Source: Octopus vulgaris
Lineage: Eukaryota
Reading direction: 5' to 3'
Assembly: GCA_951406725.2 (NCBI GenBank)
Contig: OX597824.1
Span: forward strand, 25,172,001 to 25,236,000
DNA length: 64,000 nt
Made by a program: the position numbers and the translations under genes. Below are positions 1-13,430 of this stretch, piece after piece (the stretch's first letter is position 1; each line of letters opens with the position of its first letter). The notes beneath the pieces are model-generated. The model was not told the DNA's origin and ran no database searches. It was given only the letters and a program-made list of their open reading frames with translations.

Positions 1-1
1 T

Positions 2-574
2 GAAATATGCTACAGAGACAAAAGTGTTGATAATTTCTATGATATGTTTTATTCCCGATATCGATTACATAAAGCAGCTTACCAACACAAAACTGTTCTT
101 CTGTTTAATAAACTACTTGGCGAGGCCTTCAGATCTGCAGATAAACACCTGAAAATTTTCGAAAAGGTCGATGATACGAAGAAATTTACTTATTTTACAG
201 ATAGTATTTTGGAGGAGATATTAAATAATGAGAATAATGAAGGTCTCAAAGAAGCTCAGAGCAAATTGAAGAGTATGTTTTACCGGTGTTATAAATACAG
301 AGGTATAGACAAAGATAGAAGTTACCAAGGGGGAGACCAAGAGATAATATTCTGTGAAGCCAATTTGGATTATGGAGCTGGAGAGGAAAACCCATTAGAG
401 AAAATACCATTTTATAAAAAAGGTAAGAAGAAATCCTTCAAATATAATCAAGGGGAATTAGAAGACAGGCTTTTGCTGCCAAAAAAATTTCATTTGAAAA
501 TCCGTCATTGTTTTGAAAAGAAAATGAATAACAAAAATGAAGGAAGTAAGAAGAAAAAAGAAAGTGATTTTTAA
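2..574 (+). CDS. SAMHD1: SAMHD1-like HD-domain protein, C-terminal part (5' end outside window)
   Basis: Frame is open from position 2 (EICYRDKSVDNFYDMFYSRYRLHKAAYQHK...). Near-identical to the C-termini of the 413-aa ORFs at 17592 and 23082. HxxAYQHK and DYG.G..NP motifs are typical of SAMHD1. Confidence 0.85.
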   Translation, partial: EICYRDKSVDNFYDMFYSRYRLHKAAYQHKTVLLFNKLLGEAFRSADKHLKIFEKVDDTKKFTYFTDSILEEILNNENNEGLKEAQSKLKSMFYRCYKYRGIDKDRSYQGGDQEIIFCEANLDYGAGEENPLEKIPFYKKGKKKSFKYNQGELEDRLLLPKKFHLKIRHCFEKKMNNKNEGSKKKKESDF

Positions 575-1280
575 AAATGAACAATAAATAATGAAAAAAA
601 TAACAGATAAGAAAGAATCTTGAGAAAAAGCAATAACAAAACAATCAGATCGAATATGACGAAACAAAGAAGAAACGGATGTGTGAAATAAGAACTAAGA
701 CATTCTGAAAGATAAAAATAATAAAACTATATCCAAACTACTGAGCTATTCCAATGTTAGAAATAACCATATAGAAATTAACATTTTTGTTTTCACTAAA
801 AAATATTTTCTTTTTAACCAAATCTTTTCAAAGGTTTTAAATTTTCACTTTTTTTGTTTTAATTTGAAATATATGATTTTATAACGCAACGTTAGAAATG
901 TATACGAGGAAGTAAAGGAATTTTGCTTAAGATTTGGTAAAAGCTAGAAAATGATAAAAATGTATTGAAACTACTGAAAAATTCAAAGGACATTTCTAAA
1001 CGAACGATAATCTTTTTGTAAATTAAACGTATTTTTAATATAAAATATTTTCCTATAACTAAATGTCTTAGATTTATAAAAAAACATATAATTCTTTGCT
1101 TTTAAATTATACCTACTCATTAAGTCACGTTAGAAATATATGACAAACACCGTGATTTTTTGTTTAGGATTTTTGTAAAAGTTTAATATTCTAAAAATAT
1201 ATTGAAGTTTTTCAAGTATTCAAAGGTTAGAATGAATGAGAGAATAAAATTTTTTTTCAAAATCAATCATTGTTTTATAT

Positions 1281-1335
1281 TTGCTGGCAAAGTGATTCGC
1301 CATCTTAGGCAGCAAGATCCCGATCTGCAAATATC
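1281..1335 (+). pseudogene. 55-bp remnant of a SAMHD1-like pseudogene ([18 protein letters not shown])
   Basis: Inverted copy of 15104-15158, including the same downstream insertion junction. The 5' part has been lost by deletion. Confidence 0.8.
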
Positions 1336-1894
1336 ATTGAAGTGTATACGGGACAGATATTTATTCAAGTGAGTCTGAATATCGGTGTCGCTTTGCGTGC
1401 CAGAACGTGCAGTCAGTATTGCAGAGTGTGAAATGCCTTCAGGTTTTTTTTCAGAAGTGAAATGTGTCTGGCACTGTTGTCGTGGGTAATTTTTGAGGTT
1501 AGCATGAACGACAGTGTAGCATACTGGAGTGATGCGCGAGACAGGTCATTTTCTCTATTTATTACGTGACCAAACAGGGGTCTAACAGAGGGAAATTATG
1601 TCTAAACACTAGCGCCGAGAGCATGTGAACATCCAACGTAGATCGAGTCGGGAAAAGAGTTGAGCAGCCTAAGCTTAATCCGCGACCTCTTTCCAACTTT
1701 GCTCATTCATGACGTGTCGGGCGGGAAACCTTCACCACCATCGCTATCGCTTCATTCTTGCCGTTAATTCTTTCCTTATTGTGTTGTATCATGATTTCAT
1801 GAGTCGTTCGTGGAATTTCCACGTGAGTTGTTATTAAGATCCCATCTCTCCTTTCCTCTCTTTATTTGTATATACACGTGCACATGTATGTATA

Positions 1895-1939
<45 letters not shown>

Positions 1940-2029
1940 TGTGCTTTCATTGTGTCGCCTCCATAACCACAATGATTATCATTACCAACATCGCTCTACC
2001 TATAGCATTTAAAATTATCGATAATAATA

Positions 2030-2378
2030 TGAGTCCCGGTATGTTGAAGCAGATCTTCGTCAATATTTATCGATCTGTGAGATCATTGATGTAGCCATAC
2101 CAAATGACATGGATGTTGTGAGTAAAGAGGTTGAAAAATCACCAAGTACTCCGAATTGAAAGTGGAAATGGCAAGACTGAATGGAATACGAGAGGATAAT
2201 GTAAAAATGAAACTAGTGGCAACTGGAAATCCCATGCAAGATTGGTGTCTTGCAAAAAGCACCCTAAGTGGGGACAGCGCACATCTTAAGGAAAGTATTA
2301 TCAGTCTGGGATCTTTGTTGTGACTTGACAGATGACTAAAGACTCCGGTGCACGTTTACCTACACTGTGTTACGAAGG

Positions 2379-2422
<44 letters not shown>

Positions 2423-2510
2423 CAACAACAACAACAACAGCAATAATAATAATAATTTTTATTATTATTATAACAATAATAATAATGATAACAACAACAA
2501 CAACAACAAA

Positions 2511-2585
<75 letters not shown>

Positions 2586-2603
2586 TATTATTATTATTAT
2601 TAT

Positions 2604-2661
<58 letters not shown>

Positions 2662-2885
2662 CAATAATAATAATTATAAGAACGGCTCATGTACTGAGAA
2701 GAGCACTATCGCTGTGAAAATAACATCCATCCATGAATTTATCTATTTATTAATTTTTAAATACATATTTTATCTGTGAATTTGCGCGTGTAATCTTGGA
2801 ATATATACAATGCCCTTCTCTGCCCTAGGTGTATGGAAAACACTCGGCGAGAAACGGAAGAAATTTTGAAGAAAGAAGGAAAAAA
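2030..2885 (+). mobile_element. Degenerate R4/Dong-like non-LTR retrotransposon 3' end, split by a (TAA/CAA)n tract
   Basis: Translates to IIDVAIPND...KYSELKVEMARL and RTAHVLRRALSL*, like the RLE-domain C-terminus of the other R4-type copies. Mirror copy at ~13430-14090. Confidence 0.6.
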
Positions 2886-2886
2886 C

Positions 2887-2940
<54 letters not shown>

Positions 2941-2992
2941 GAGCTGCGCTCGGTAGCGAAGTGAAAGCACGCTATAAAAATAAAACTACTGA

Positions 2993-2993
<1 letters not shown>
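2941..2993 (+). mobile_element. 53-bp 3' stub of the R4/Dong-like LINE inside (TAA)n
   Basis: Matches the 3' terminus of the elements at 8714, 10234 and 11755. Same truncation point as the stubs at 10106 and 11625. Confidence 0.75.
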
Positions 2994-3083
<90 letters not shown>

Positions 3084-3930
3084 TAAAAATAATAATAATG
3101 ATAATGATAACAATATTTTAAAGGACTGGAGTAATGTCTCACAAAGGTAAATATACAATAGGATTAGCGTGATGTGATTACATTAGATATTTTATTGGTT
3201 AAACGATATTTTGACAGCTTGCCTGTCTTTACCGAGATCAAAATGAAAAGTGATTCATAGACATTCAAAATTATAGAAATTCAAATCTAAAATTTGAACG
3301 AAGGCAACCATGATTCCCACGTTGATGGAATGACATCATCAGTTTTCTTTTTTCATGTTCACAACTGGCAAAAAGAAAAAGAAAGGAAAAAAATGAGAAA
3401 AATGAAGAGAAAAAAGAAAAAAAGAAATGAAGAATATTTAATCAAACGGTTTTGTGTAAATATGAAGTTCTCCTGTCACTTTATTCATTCCTCCAGGGCA
3501 TGATGTTAATAACTCACAAACATATTTATCCTCATGCATTTTGAGAACTGAAAGTGTAGCAGATTCAGAATACTTTCCGAGAATATTCACTTTCAAGTCT
3601 TTTTTCAAAACTACAGCCGTTTGATGTAAAACGTTCGACAAGTTTTATCTATCTACTGATATTGTGTCTGACATCATATTTGTGCCCATTGAATCTTGTC
3701 GTTTAATTGTTCTGTTGTACAAATAGCATAAATCAAGTTGTGTTTGGTGCATTCTGCGGCGTATTCCAAATAGGAATTTCTACACGTCTGACCTTCGGTG
3801 TAAATCATAACATTTCTGTTATGATTCCGGATGGAATTGACTTGACTCAAGTTGTCACACAATAAACAGGACTTATCTCTCTTCCGGCTGTTTTTTTTTC
3901 AAGGTATTGTGTGAAGAAACTCCAATGTTA

Positions 3931-4346
3931 GGCGCAGGAGTGGCTGTGTGGTAAGTAGCTTGTTTACCAACCACATGGTTCCGGGTTCAGTCCCACTGCG
4001 TGGTACCTTGGGCAAGTGCCTTCTACTATAGCCTCGGGCCGATCAAAGCCTTGTGAGTAGATTTGGTAGACGGAAACTGAAAGAAGCCCGTCGTATATAT
4101 GTATATATATGCGTGTGTATGTTTGTGTGTCTGTGTTTGTCCTCCTAACATTGCTTGACAACCGATACTGGTGTGTTTATGTCCCCGTTACTTAGCGGTT
4201 CGGCAAAAGAGACCGATAGAATAAGTCTTGGGCTTACAAAAGAATAAGTCCCGGGGGTCGAGGTGCTTGATTAAAAGGCGGTGCTCCAGCATGGCCGCAG
4301 TCAAACGACTGAAACAAGTAAAAGAGTAAAAGAGAGAGTAAGAGAG
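3931..4346 (+). mobile_element. tRNA-derived SINE, family 1 (GGCGCAGGAGTGGCTGTGTGG head, CORE-like CCTTGGGCAAGT, (GAGTAAAA)n tail)
   Basis: A/B box-like head, TGTTAG target duplication, absent from the mirror arm. Further copies at 5005, 21270, 55998 and 62335. Confidence 0.85.
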
Positions 4347-4567
4347 TGTTAGTTTTCTTGGGGTCAGAAATAGTGGGTAATAATTCTCTTATATTTTCAT
4401 TCGGTCTAAAGGCTACAATAGGCGGCTGAGGAAATATCCGTTTGAAACTAGAATATTTTCCCCGCAACATACTAATAACTTTCATGTAACACTTTTGAAA
4501 TGACAGCGAAATTTCGGTGCCAGTGAATCAATAAAGGAACTCTGTCACATATTGTACTTTGTTTGCT

Positions 4568-4952
4568 GGTGGAGGCGCAATGGCCCAGTGGTTAGGGCAG
4601 CGGACTCGCGGTCATAGGATCGCGGTTTCGATTCCCAGACCGGGCGTTGTGAGTGTTTATTGAGCGAAAACACCTAAAAGCTCCACGAGGCTCCGGCAGG
4701 GATGGTGGTGATCCCTGCTGTACTCTTTCACCACAACTTTCTCTCACTCTTACTTCCTGTTTCTGTTGTACCTGTATTTCAAAGGGCCGGCCTTGTCACT
4801 CTCTGTGTCACGCTGAATATCCCCGAGAACTACGTTAAGGGTACACGTGTCTGTGGAGTGCTCAGCCACTTACACGTTAATTTCACGAGCAGGCTGTTCC
4901 GTTGATTCGGATCAACCGGAACCCTCATCGTCGTAACCGACGGAGTGCTTCC
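4568..4952 (+). mobile_element. tRNA(Arg)-like-headed SINE, family 2
   Basis: A box TGGCCCAGTGG and B box GTTTCGATTCC. Exact 13-bp TSD TACTTTGTTTGCT at 4555-4567 and 4953-4965. Confidence 0.85.
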
Positions 4953-5004
4953 TACTTTGTTTGCTAAAATTATGCGTGAAAGTTTAACTTTCTTTGCTAA
5001 TCTT

Positions 5005-5380
5005 AGCAGGAGTGGCTGTGTGGTAAGTAGCTTGCTAACCAGCCACATGGTTCCGGGTTCAGTCCCACTGCGTGGTACCTTGGGCAAGTGTCTTCTACTA
5101 TAGCCTCGGGCCGACCAAAGCCTTGTGAGTGGATTTGGTAGACGGAAACTGAAAAGAAGCCCGTCGTATATATGTATGTATATATATGTATATATATGCT
5201 TGACAACCGATGCGGGTGTGTTTATGTCCCCGTAACTTAGCGGTTCGGCAAAAGAGACCGATAGTATAAGTACTGGGCTTACAAAGAATAAGTTCCGGGG
5301 TCGAGTTGCTCGACTAAAGGTGGTGCTCCAGCATGGCCGCAGTCAAATGACTGAAACAAGTAAAAGAGTATAAAAGAGTA
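5005..5380 (+). mobile_element. SINE family 1 copy
   Basis: Highly similar to 3931-4346, with the same tail repeat. Confidence 0.85.
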
Positions 5381-7224
5381 TATCGTTTTTTAATTTCCTT
5401 TAATTGTGATTCACTGTAATCTCGTTTGACATAATAGTGTACAAAAGCATTTGCATGTTTCCAATAATCTCCTATGTCAATACAAATCCATTTTATCCTA
5501 AAAAAAATTAGGATTTCGGATTTGACCGAAATATATAATATGGATGATCTGAGCGGCGGTGGAGGTAAATGTGAGATGACCTGGGCTTGCAAAATAACTC
5601 TGTCACTACTATGCCACCAGAAAACTTAACTTTTGTGACCAAACATTCAACGCTAGGTTTTGAAAAACTAGACGTAAATTTTATGTTAGACTTGAAGCCA
5701 TAGTTTTTAGCATAGCAGTCACAGAAATGCAAGAAATCAATTAAACTATCCTGTGATCCTTCCCAGACAAGAAAGACGTCATCAATGAACCGTAACCAGA
5801 GTGTTTGTTCATGACCATATTGCGATTTGAATGTCTTCGGTGGCTGTGTCTCGAATTTCATCATGAAGAATTAACTGCTATGAGGGTACTCATGGCGCAA
5901 CCCCTCGTCTGGTCGTAAAATCTTTTGTCCAAACTTCATTGTTTTACTTAGTAGCACAAATCTCAATAGAGTACAGAGAAAATTAGATAGAATACTTTTG
6001 TTTGACAGTTTTTCGAAGACATTCATGCATGCTTCTACCCCTTCATCTTGGTCAATATTGGGATATAAGAAAGAAACATCCATGGTTACCAAAAACAGTC
6101 TTCAACATGGCTTCGGTGCTTCAAAATGTTGTTGATTTTAGACACAACATTACAAGTATTCTGAATACAGGAACTTGATCTGTTTGCGACAGGAAGTAAA
6201 AAGTCATCCAGCCACTCTGAAACATTAATATCCGCTGAAAATTGGGCGCATTGGAGGAAATCTTTCGAAACTTTTGTGTATTTTGAGGAGACCGTAAAAT
6301 ACAGGTGTTCTTTCTGGCCGTGAAATCCTGGATTTGGCCTCATTAATGAAATTATTTTCCACCATTTTCAGAATTATTTTGTCAAGTTCATCTCTGTACT
6401 TGGGGTTTGGATCGACAGGTAAATTTTCATATAAAGTTTTGTCACTTAAAACTTGATCACAAGCCGAGATATACTCACTTTTGTACATAATTACAATAGC
6501 GCTTTCTTTATTCGCCATTCTAATAACAATATAATCATTATTAGCTAGACAACGGAGTACGTAACGCTGGGCATTTGTGAGGTTATTCCAGGACTTCTTT
6601 CCACTTAATTTAAGGCTTTCCATAATGCCTGTCTGACGAAATTCAAAAAATTCCAGTAGTGCTTGAGAACGTCCATCTCGAACTGTATCTGAATACTAAT
6701 TGGGATTCTTTTCAATCCAATTATGCCAGATTCGATCATCATCATTTTAATTTCAGTAAGTATTGAGTTTTCTGACTCCGCGTTATCATTTTTTACCAAA
6801 AAATATATTCCTTCAGCTTGTGACAGCGGACAAACTGAAAAAGCCCTTGTACTTGTTTTTTCGTGTCTAAATTCTTACTGCTTGGGTAGAAACTCAGTTC
6901 CAAGAGAGAGACATCGTCTGGTGAAAGTTTTAGTTTAGATAAATTCAGGAGCGAATTATTCTCTAGACTGATCAAATAAAAACTTTTCTAGAGAGAATGG
7001 CCAGTTCACATGCGTACGCCTTCGCAAATCACAATCACATGCACCAACTTGGGAATTAGCAATAGGAACTTGTTGAATTGTAGGAATTATGTTTGTTTGT
7101 GGTGAGTACAGCATTATTATCTGTGCTGTTAGTTCCTGTGGTACTGGTAAATTCAATCTGTCATAAACATATTTTTTACTTTTAATCTGCATGTTTGTTA
7201 CAGTCACTCGCTGAGACACACCCA

Positions 7225-7640
7225 GTGTCCTGCGGTGAGTGAAGGATAAGAGATGTTACAGTATGACTGAAAGCTTGGGGAATTGAAGTAGCTAAATATC
7301 TTCATGTAATACAACGCAGATATTTAAATGGATAGGGTTTTTCTAAGGATGTGGGCAGTACTTGTCAGTGCAACTTTTGGGATTTCTCTGAGACATGGTT
7401 CTCTTGGGAACTTATCTAGATGTTTCTGGCATCCATTTTTAAAAATCATAACTTGGGGTATGATAACAGGAACAGTTCTCGTTTTAAGATGCAACATCTT
7501 TTGTATTTCAATTTCCAAGTCCTTATATGTACTTAGTTTGTCAAATACCTTGGCAGATATAATTTTACCAGTGGGAACACATACAACTATAAGTGTACAA
7601 GTATTTTCTGCCCTGAATTTAATAATTATATCTGGATTGT
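7225..7640 (-). mobile_element. R4/Dong-like LINE 3' fragment (distinct subfamily)
   Basis: RPDIII..., KYKDLEIEIQKM..VPVII..TAHILRKTLSI restriction-like endonuclease C-terminus. Confidence 0.7.
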
Positions 7641-7769
7641 AAACTGTGCTTAACGGTGCGGGCGAGGATACTGGAGGACTCCCTTGACCTGGAGAACATC
7701 CTTATCTCCAGAACGGAAGTCTTCAAACCGTGCTTGCATTTCAGGAAACTCCTATTGGACCATTGAGAA

Positions 7770-8300
7770 CTATTACCCACTATTTCTGACTCCAAGAAAA
7801 CTAACATTGGAGTTTCTTCACACAATACCTTGAAAAAAAAAACCAGCCGCAATAGAGGTAAGTCCTGTTTATTGTGTGACAACTTGAGTCAAGTCAATTC
7901 CATCCGGAATCATAACAGAAATGTTATGATTTACACCGAAGGTGAGACGTGTAGAAATTCCTATTTGGAATACGCCGCAGAATGCACCAAACACAACTTG
8001 ATTTATGCTATTTGTACAACAGAACAATTAAACGACAAGATTCAATGGGCACAAATATGATGTCAGGCACAATATAAGTAGATCGATAAAACTTGTCGAA
8101 CGTTTTACATCAAACGGCTGTAGTTTTGAAAAAAGACTTGAAAGTGAATATTCTCGGAAAGTATTCTGAATCTGCTACACTTTCAGTTCTCAAAATGCAT
8201 GAGGATAAATATGTTTGTGAGTTATTAACATCATGCCCTGGAGGAATGAATAAAGTGACAGGAGAACTTCATATTTACACAAAACAGTTTGATTAAATAA
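7770..8300 (+). mobile_element. Inverted copy of the Penelope-like GIY-YIG region
   Basis: ORFs 7830-8060 and 8093-8296 are nearly identical to 3674-3862 and 3438-3641 on the opposite strand. Confidence 0.85.
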
Positions 8301-8631
8301 TCTTCATTTCTTTTTTTTTCTCTTCATTTTTCTCTTTTTTCCTTTCTTTTTCTTTTTGCCAGTTGTGAACATGAAAAAAGAAAACTGATGATGTCATTCC
8401 ATCAACGTGGGAATCATGGTTGCCTTCGTTCAAATTTTAGATTTGAATTTCTACAATTTTGAATTTCTATCAATCACCTTCCATTTTGAATTCGGTAAAG
8501 ACAGGCAAGCTGTTAAAATATCGGTTAACCAATAAAATATCTAATGTAATCACATCACGCTAATCCTATTGTATATTTACCTTTGTGAGACATTACTCCA
8601 ATCCTTTAAAATATTGTTATCATTATTATTA

Positions 8632-8705
<74 letters not shown>

Positions 8706-8713
8706 TTTATTAT

Positions 8714-10036
8714 TCAGTAGTTTTATTTTTATAGCGTGCTTTCACTTCACTACCGAGCGCAGCTCTGTGTGCCTTGGGTATGTGCTGTGATTTGTTGTGA
8801 TGCTCTGATGGTTATTGTATGGAAAGTGTTCTGCGTAGGATGTGTGCAGTGCCTAGTAGTGCAATTTTCTGTATGTTATATGTGTTTGTAAGTCCTGGTG
8901 TTTTTGTTATGTATTTGTCTGAATATTTTTTTATCATGCCTAATGCACCTACTATGATAGGGATTGTTTCTGTTTTCAGATTCCACATTCTAGTTACCTC
9001 TATTTGCAGGTCTTTGTATTTTGAGAGTTTCTCCATTTCCTTTAGAGACACGTTGTCATCTGCCGGTATTGATACATCAATTAGAAAGCATTTTTTTCTT
9101 CATGATCTCTGACAACTATATCTGGTCTGTTGGCCTTAATTTCTCTATCTGTGTGTATCGGCATATCCCAGAGTATGGTTGCTTTCTCGTTTTCTGTGAC
9201 CTTTTCTGGTGTGTGCCTATACCATCTTTTTCTGTTGTTATTCCATAATGTTGACATAGCTTCCAATGTATGTAGGTTCCAACTCTGTCATGTCTGTGAA
9301 TATATTCCTTCTTAGCCAGGACTGGGCAGCTAGAGATAATATGATTTATTGTTTCTTGTCCATCTCCACATATTCTGCAGTTACTTGTAATATTTCTTTT
9401 CATTACATGTTTTTGGTAATTTCTGGTGGGGAGGCTTTGGTCTTGTGCTGCAATTAAAAATCCCTCTGTTTCTGCTTTGAGTCCTGAGCTTCTCAACCAT
9501 TGCTGGGATTTTTCTTTGTCTATTTCTTTTGCGTTTAGTTTAGTGCAGTATTTACAATGAAGGGGCTTTTCTTGCCATCGTTTTATCATGGTTCGTTGCT
9601 GTTCTATTTTTAGTTTGGATTTCATTTGTTTTATAGCTTTTGTTGTTTCTTCATCATCTTCTTCTTCTTCTTCTTCTTCGTGTTTATTAGGTGGTATGAT
9701 TTCTTGTTTGTATTTGTCAGCTTCCTTAAATACTGAGAACAGTTTTTTGTTTTGCTCGTGTTTTGCTGCTATCTGGATCAGTTTTCCTTCCTTCTGAAGT
9801 AGATATTTTTGCAGTCCTATGGTGGTTATTTTATAGTAGTTTTCCAGCTGTATAAGGCCTCTACCACCTTCTATAAGTTGTATATATAGTCTTTCTATGT
9901 CAGATTTTGGGTGATGCATCCTAGATTCTGTCAGTATTTTTCTTGTTTTCCTATCTATTTTGGACAGTTCATTTCGTGTCCAGTTAAGGATATTGTAGCT
10001 GTAACTTATAACTGGGACAGCTAAAGTGTTGATACC

Positions 10037-10037
<1 letters not shown>
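8714..10037 (-). mobile_element. 5'-truncated R4/Dong-like RLE non-LTR retrotransposon, copy A, in (TAA)n
   Basis: HPKSDIERLY..GGRGL, CCHC knuckle CRICGDGQETINHIISSC, RHD, RPDIVV..LIDVSIP endonuclease motifs. Frameshifted. Both ends abut TAA repeats. Confidence 0.9.
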
Positions 10038-10106
<69 letters not shown>

Positions 10107-10160
10107 ATTCAGTAGTTTTATTTTTATAGCGTGCTTTCACTTCACTACCGAGTGCAGCAC

Positions 10161-10233
<73 letters not shown>

Positions 10234-10239
<6 letters not shown>

Positions 10240-11558
10240 TAGTTTTATTTTTATAGTGTGCTTTCACTTCACTACCGAGCGCAGCTCTGTGTGCCTTAGG
10301 TATGTGCTGTGATTGGTTGTGATGCTCTGATGGTTATTGTATGGAAAGTGTTCTGCGTAGGATGTGTGCAGTGCCTAGTAGTGCAATTTTCTGTATGTTA
10401 TATGTGTTTGTAAGTCCTGGTGTTTTTGTTTGTATTTGTCTGAATTTTTTTTTATCATGCCTAATGCACCTACTATGATAGGAATTGTTTCTGTTTTTAG
10501 ATTCCACATTCTGGTTACTTCTATTTCCAGGTCTTTGTATTTTGAAAGTTTCTCCATTTCTTTTAGAGACATGTTGTCATCTGCCGGTATTGATACATCA
10601 ATTAGAAAGCATTTTTTTTCTTCATGATCTCTGACAACTATATCTGGTCTGTTGGCCTTAATTTCTCTATCTGTGTGTATCGGCATATCCCAGAGTATGG
10701 TTGCTTTCTCGTTTTCTGTGACATTTTCTGGTGTGTGCCTATACCATCTTTTTCTGTTGTTATTCCATAATGTTGACATAGCTTCCAATGTATGTAGGTT
10801 CCAACTCTGTCATGTCTGTGAATATATTCCTTCTTAGCCAGGACTGGGCAGCTAGAGATAATATGATTTATTGTTTCTTGTCCATCTCCACATATTCTGC
10901 AGTTACTTGTAATATTTCTTTTCATTACATGTTTTTGGTAATTTCTGGTGGGGAGGCTTTGGTCTTGTGCTGCAATTAAAAATCCCTCTGTTTCTGCTTT
11001 GAGTCCTGAGCTTCTCAACCATTGCTGGGATTTTTCTTTGTCTATTTCTTTTGCGTTTAGTTTAGTGCAGTATTTACAATGAAGGGGCTTTTCTTGCCAT
11101 CGTTTTATCATGGTTCGTTGCTGTTCTATTTTTAGTTTGGATTTCATTTGTTTTATAGCTTTTGTTGTTTCTTCATCATCTTCTTCTTCTTCTTCTTCTT
11201 CGTGTTTATTAGGTGGTATGATTTCTTGTTTGTATTTGTCAGCTTCCTTAAATACTGAGAACAGTTTTTTGTTTTGCTCGTGTTTTGCTGCTATCTGGAT
11301 CAGTTTTCCTTCCTTCTGAAGTAGATATTTTTGCAGTCCTATGGTGGTTATTTTATAGTAGTTTTCCATCTGTATAAGGCCTCTACCACCTTCTATAAGT
11401 TGTATATATAGTCTTTCTATGTCAGATTTTGGGTGATGCATCCTAGATTCTGTCAGTATTTTTCTTGTTTTCCTATCTATTTTGGACAGTTCATTTCGTG
11501 TCCAGTTAAGGATATTGTAGCTGTAACTTATAACTGGGACAGCTAAAGTGTTGATACC

Positions 11559-11559
<1 letters not shown>
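10234..11559 (-). mobile_element. R4/Dong-like LINE copy B
   Basis: Repeat of copy A at a 1522-bp offset (ORFs at 9116 and 10638). Confidence 0.9.
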
Positions 11560-11625
<66 letters not shown>

Positions 11626-11680
11626 ATTCAGTAGTTTTATTTTTTATAGCGTGCTTTCACTTCACTACCGAGTGCAGCAC

Positions 11681-11754
<74 letters not shown>

Positions 11755-11757
<3 letters not shown>

Positions 11758-13375
11758 CGTAGTTTTATTTTTATAGTGTGCTTTCACTTCACTACCGAGC
11801 GCAGCTCTGTGTGCCTTAGGTATGTGCTGTGATTGGTTGTGATGCTCTGATGGTTATTGTATGGAAAGTGTTCTGCGTAGGATGTGTGCAGTGCCTGGTA
11901 GTGCAATTTTCTGTATGTTATATGTGTTTGTAAGTCCTGGTGTTTTTGTTTGTATTTGTCTGAATTTTTTTTTATCATGCCTAATGCACCTACTATGATA
12001 GGAATTGTTTCTGTTTTTAGATTCCACATTCTGGTTACTTCTATTTCCAGGTCTTTGTATTTTGAAAGTTTCTCCATTTCTTTTAGAGACATGTTGTCAT
12101 CTGCCGGTATTGATACATCAATTAGAAAGCATTTTTTTCTTCATGATCTCTGACAACTATATCTGGTCTGTTGGCCTTAATTTCTCTATCTGTGTGTATC
12201 GGCATATCCCAGAGTATGGTTGCTTTCTCGTTTTCTGTGACATTTTCTGGTGTGTGCCTATACCATCTTTTTTCTGTTGTTATTCCATAATGTTGGCATA
12301 GCTTACAGTGTATGTAGGTTCCAACTCTGTCATGTCTGTGAATATATTCCTTCTTAGCCAGGACTGGGCAGCCAGAGATAATATGATTTATTGTTTCTTG
12401 TCCATCTCCACATATTCTGCAGTTATTTGTTATATTTCTTTTCATTACATGTTTTAGGTAATTTCTGGTGGGGAGGCTTTGGTCTTGTGCTGCAATTAAA
12501 AATCCCTCTGTCTCTGCTTTGAGTCCTGAGCTTCTCAACCATTGCTAGGATCTTTTTTGTCTATTTCTTTTGCGTTTAGTTTAGTTCAGTACTTACCATG
12601 AAGGGGCTTTTCTTGCCATCGTTTTATCATGGTTCGTTGCTGTTCTATTTTTAGTTTGGATTTCATTTGTTTTATAGCTTTTGTTGTTTCTTTATCTTCT
12701 TCTTCTTCTTCTTCTTCTTCTTCTTCTTCTTCTTCTTCTTCTTCTTCTTCTTCTTCTTCTTCTTCTTGGTGGTTATTTTATAGTAGTTTTCCATCTGTAT
12801 AAGGCCTCTACCACCTTCTATACGTTGTGTATATAGCCTTTCTATGTCAGATTTTGGGTGATGCATCCTAGATCCTGTCATTATTTTTCTTGTTTTCCTA
12901 TCTATTTTGGTCAGTTAATTTAGTGTCCAGTTAAGGATATTGTAGCTGTAACTTATAACTGGGACAGCTAAAGTGTTAATACATATTATCTTGTTTTTAG
13001 CATTGAGCTCTGTTTTTAGTATTGATCTAACTCGTCTATAATATTCTTTTTTTATTTTCTCTTTCATTTGTGTGTGTTGTGTCTTATCTAGTTCATGGAT
13101 TCCTAAGTATTTGTAAGTTTGGATTTGGTCTAATTCTTTCATTTCATTGGTTTTATCTAGTGTGATGTTGCTACTTTTAACTAGTTTTCCTCTTTTCAGG
13201 GTTACTTTGGCGCATTTTTCTAATCCAAATTTCATATCTATTTCTTTGGTAAATCTATGAACTATCTTTAATAGTGTTTCCAGTTGTTTGTCATTTGCAG
13301 CGTATAGTTTTAGGTCATCCATATATAAAAGGTGGCTGATCGTTTTGCCGTAACATTTATATCCGCATTCAGTTC

Positions 13376-13378
<3 letters not shown>
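11755..13378 (-). mobile_element. R4/Dong-like LINE copy C (longer; includes RT YMDD motif)
   Basis: ISHLLYMDDLKLY, FGLEKCA, YKYLGI, CCHC and RLE motifs. Internal deletion at an expanded (GAA)n tract. Confidence 0.9.

Positions 13379-13430
<52 letters not shown>

Larger units (their letters stand above)
1..4387. repeat. Left arm of a large inverted segmental duplication (right arm ~7770-18170)
   Basis: 1-1280 matches the reverse complement of ~16900-18170; 1281-2940 matches rc ~13380-15158; 2941-4387 (minus a SINE) matches rc ~7770-8765. Confidence 0.9.
3440..7220 (-). mobile_element. Degenerate Penelope-like retroelement (RT + GIY-YIG endonuclease), interrupted by three SINEs
   Basis: Ordered minus-strand fragments: NNLTNAQR..IVIRMANKESAIVIM, PVFYGLLKIHK..PMRPIFS, TMDVSFLYPNI, WLRFIDDVF, YLHRRSDHP, PIVAFRPNENIRELL, YAAECTKHNLIY, LLTSCPGGMN. 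These are PLE RT and GIY-YIG motifs carrying stops and frameshifts. Confidence 0.85.

Noticed and set aside
2332-3158. Poly-I/N/Y/L ORFs here and similar ones at 19100, 24461, 28283, 34505, 36624, 55715-57476, 58667 and 63301
   Set aside because: Translations of microsatellites (TAA, TAC, TA, CA), not genes.
4571-4645. tRNA-Arg gene
   Set aside because: The tRNA-like head continues into a ~380-bp body bounded by a 13-bp TSD, so it is a SINE.
8380-8430. CTGATGA after the PLE GIY-YIG region, where a hammerhead would be expected (mirror at ~3300-3345)
   Set aside because: No matching GAAA-stem III-UH could be found; at best a decayed relic.
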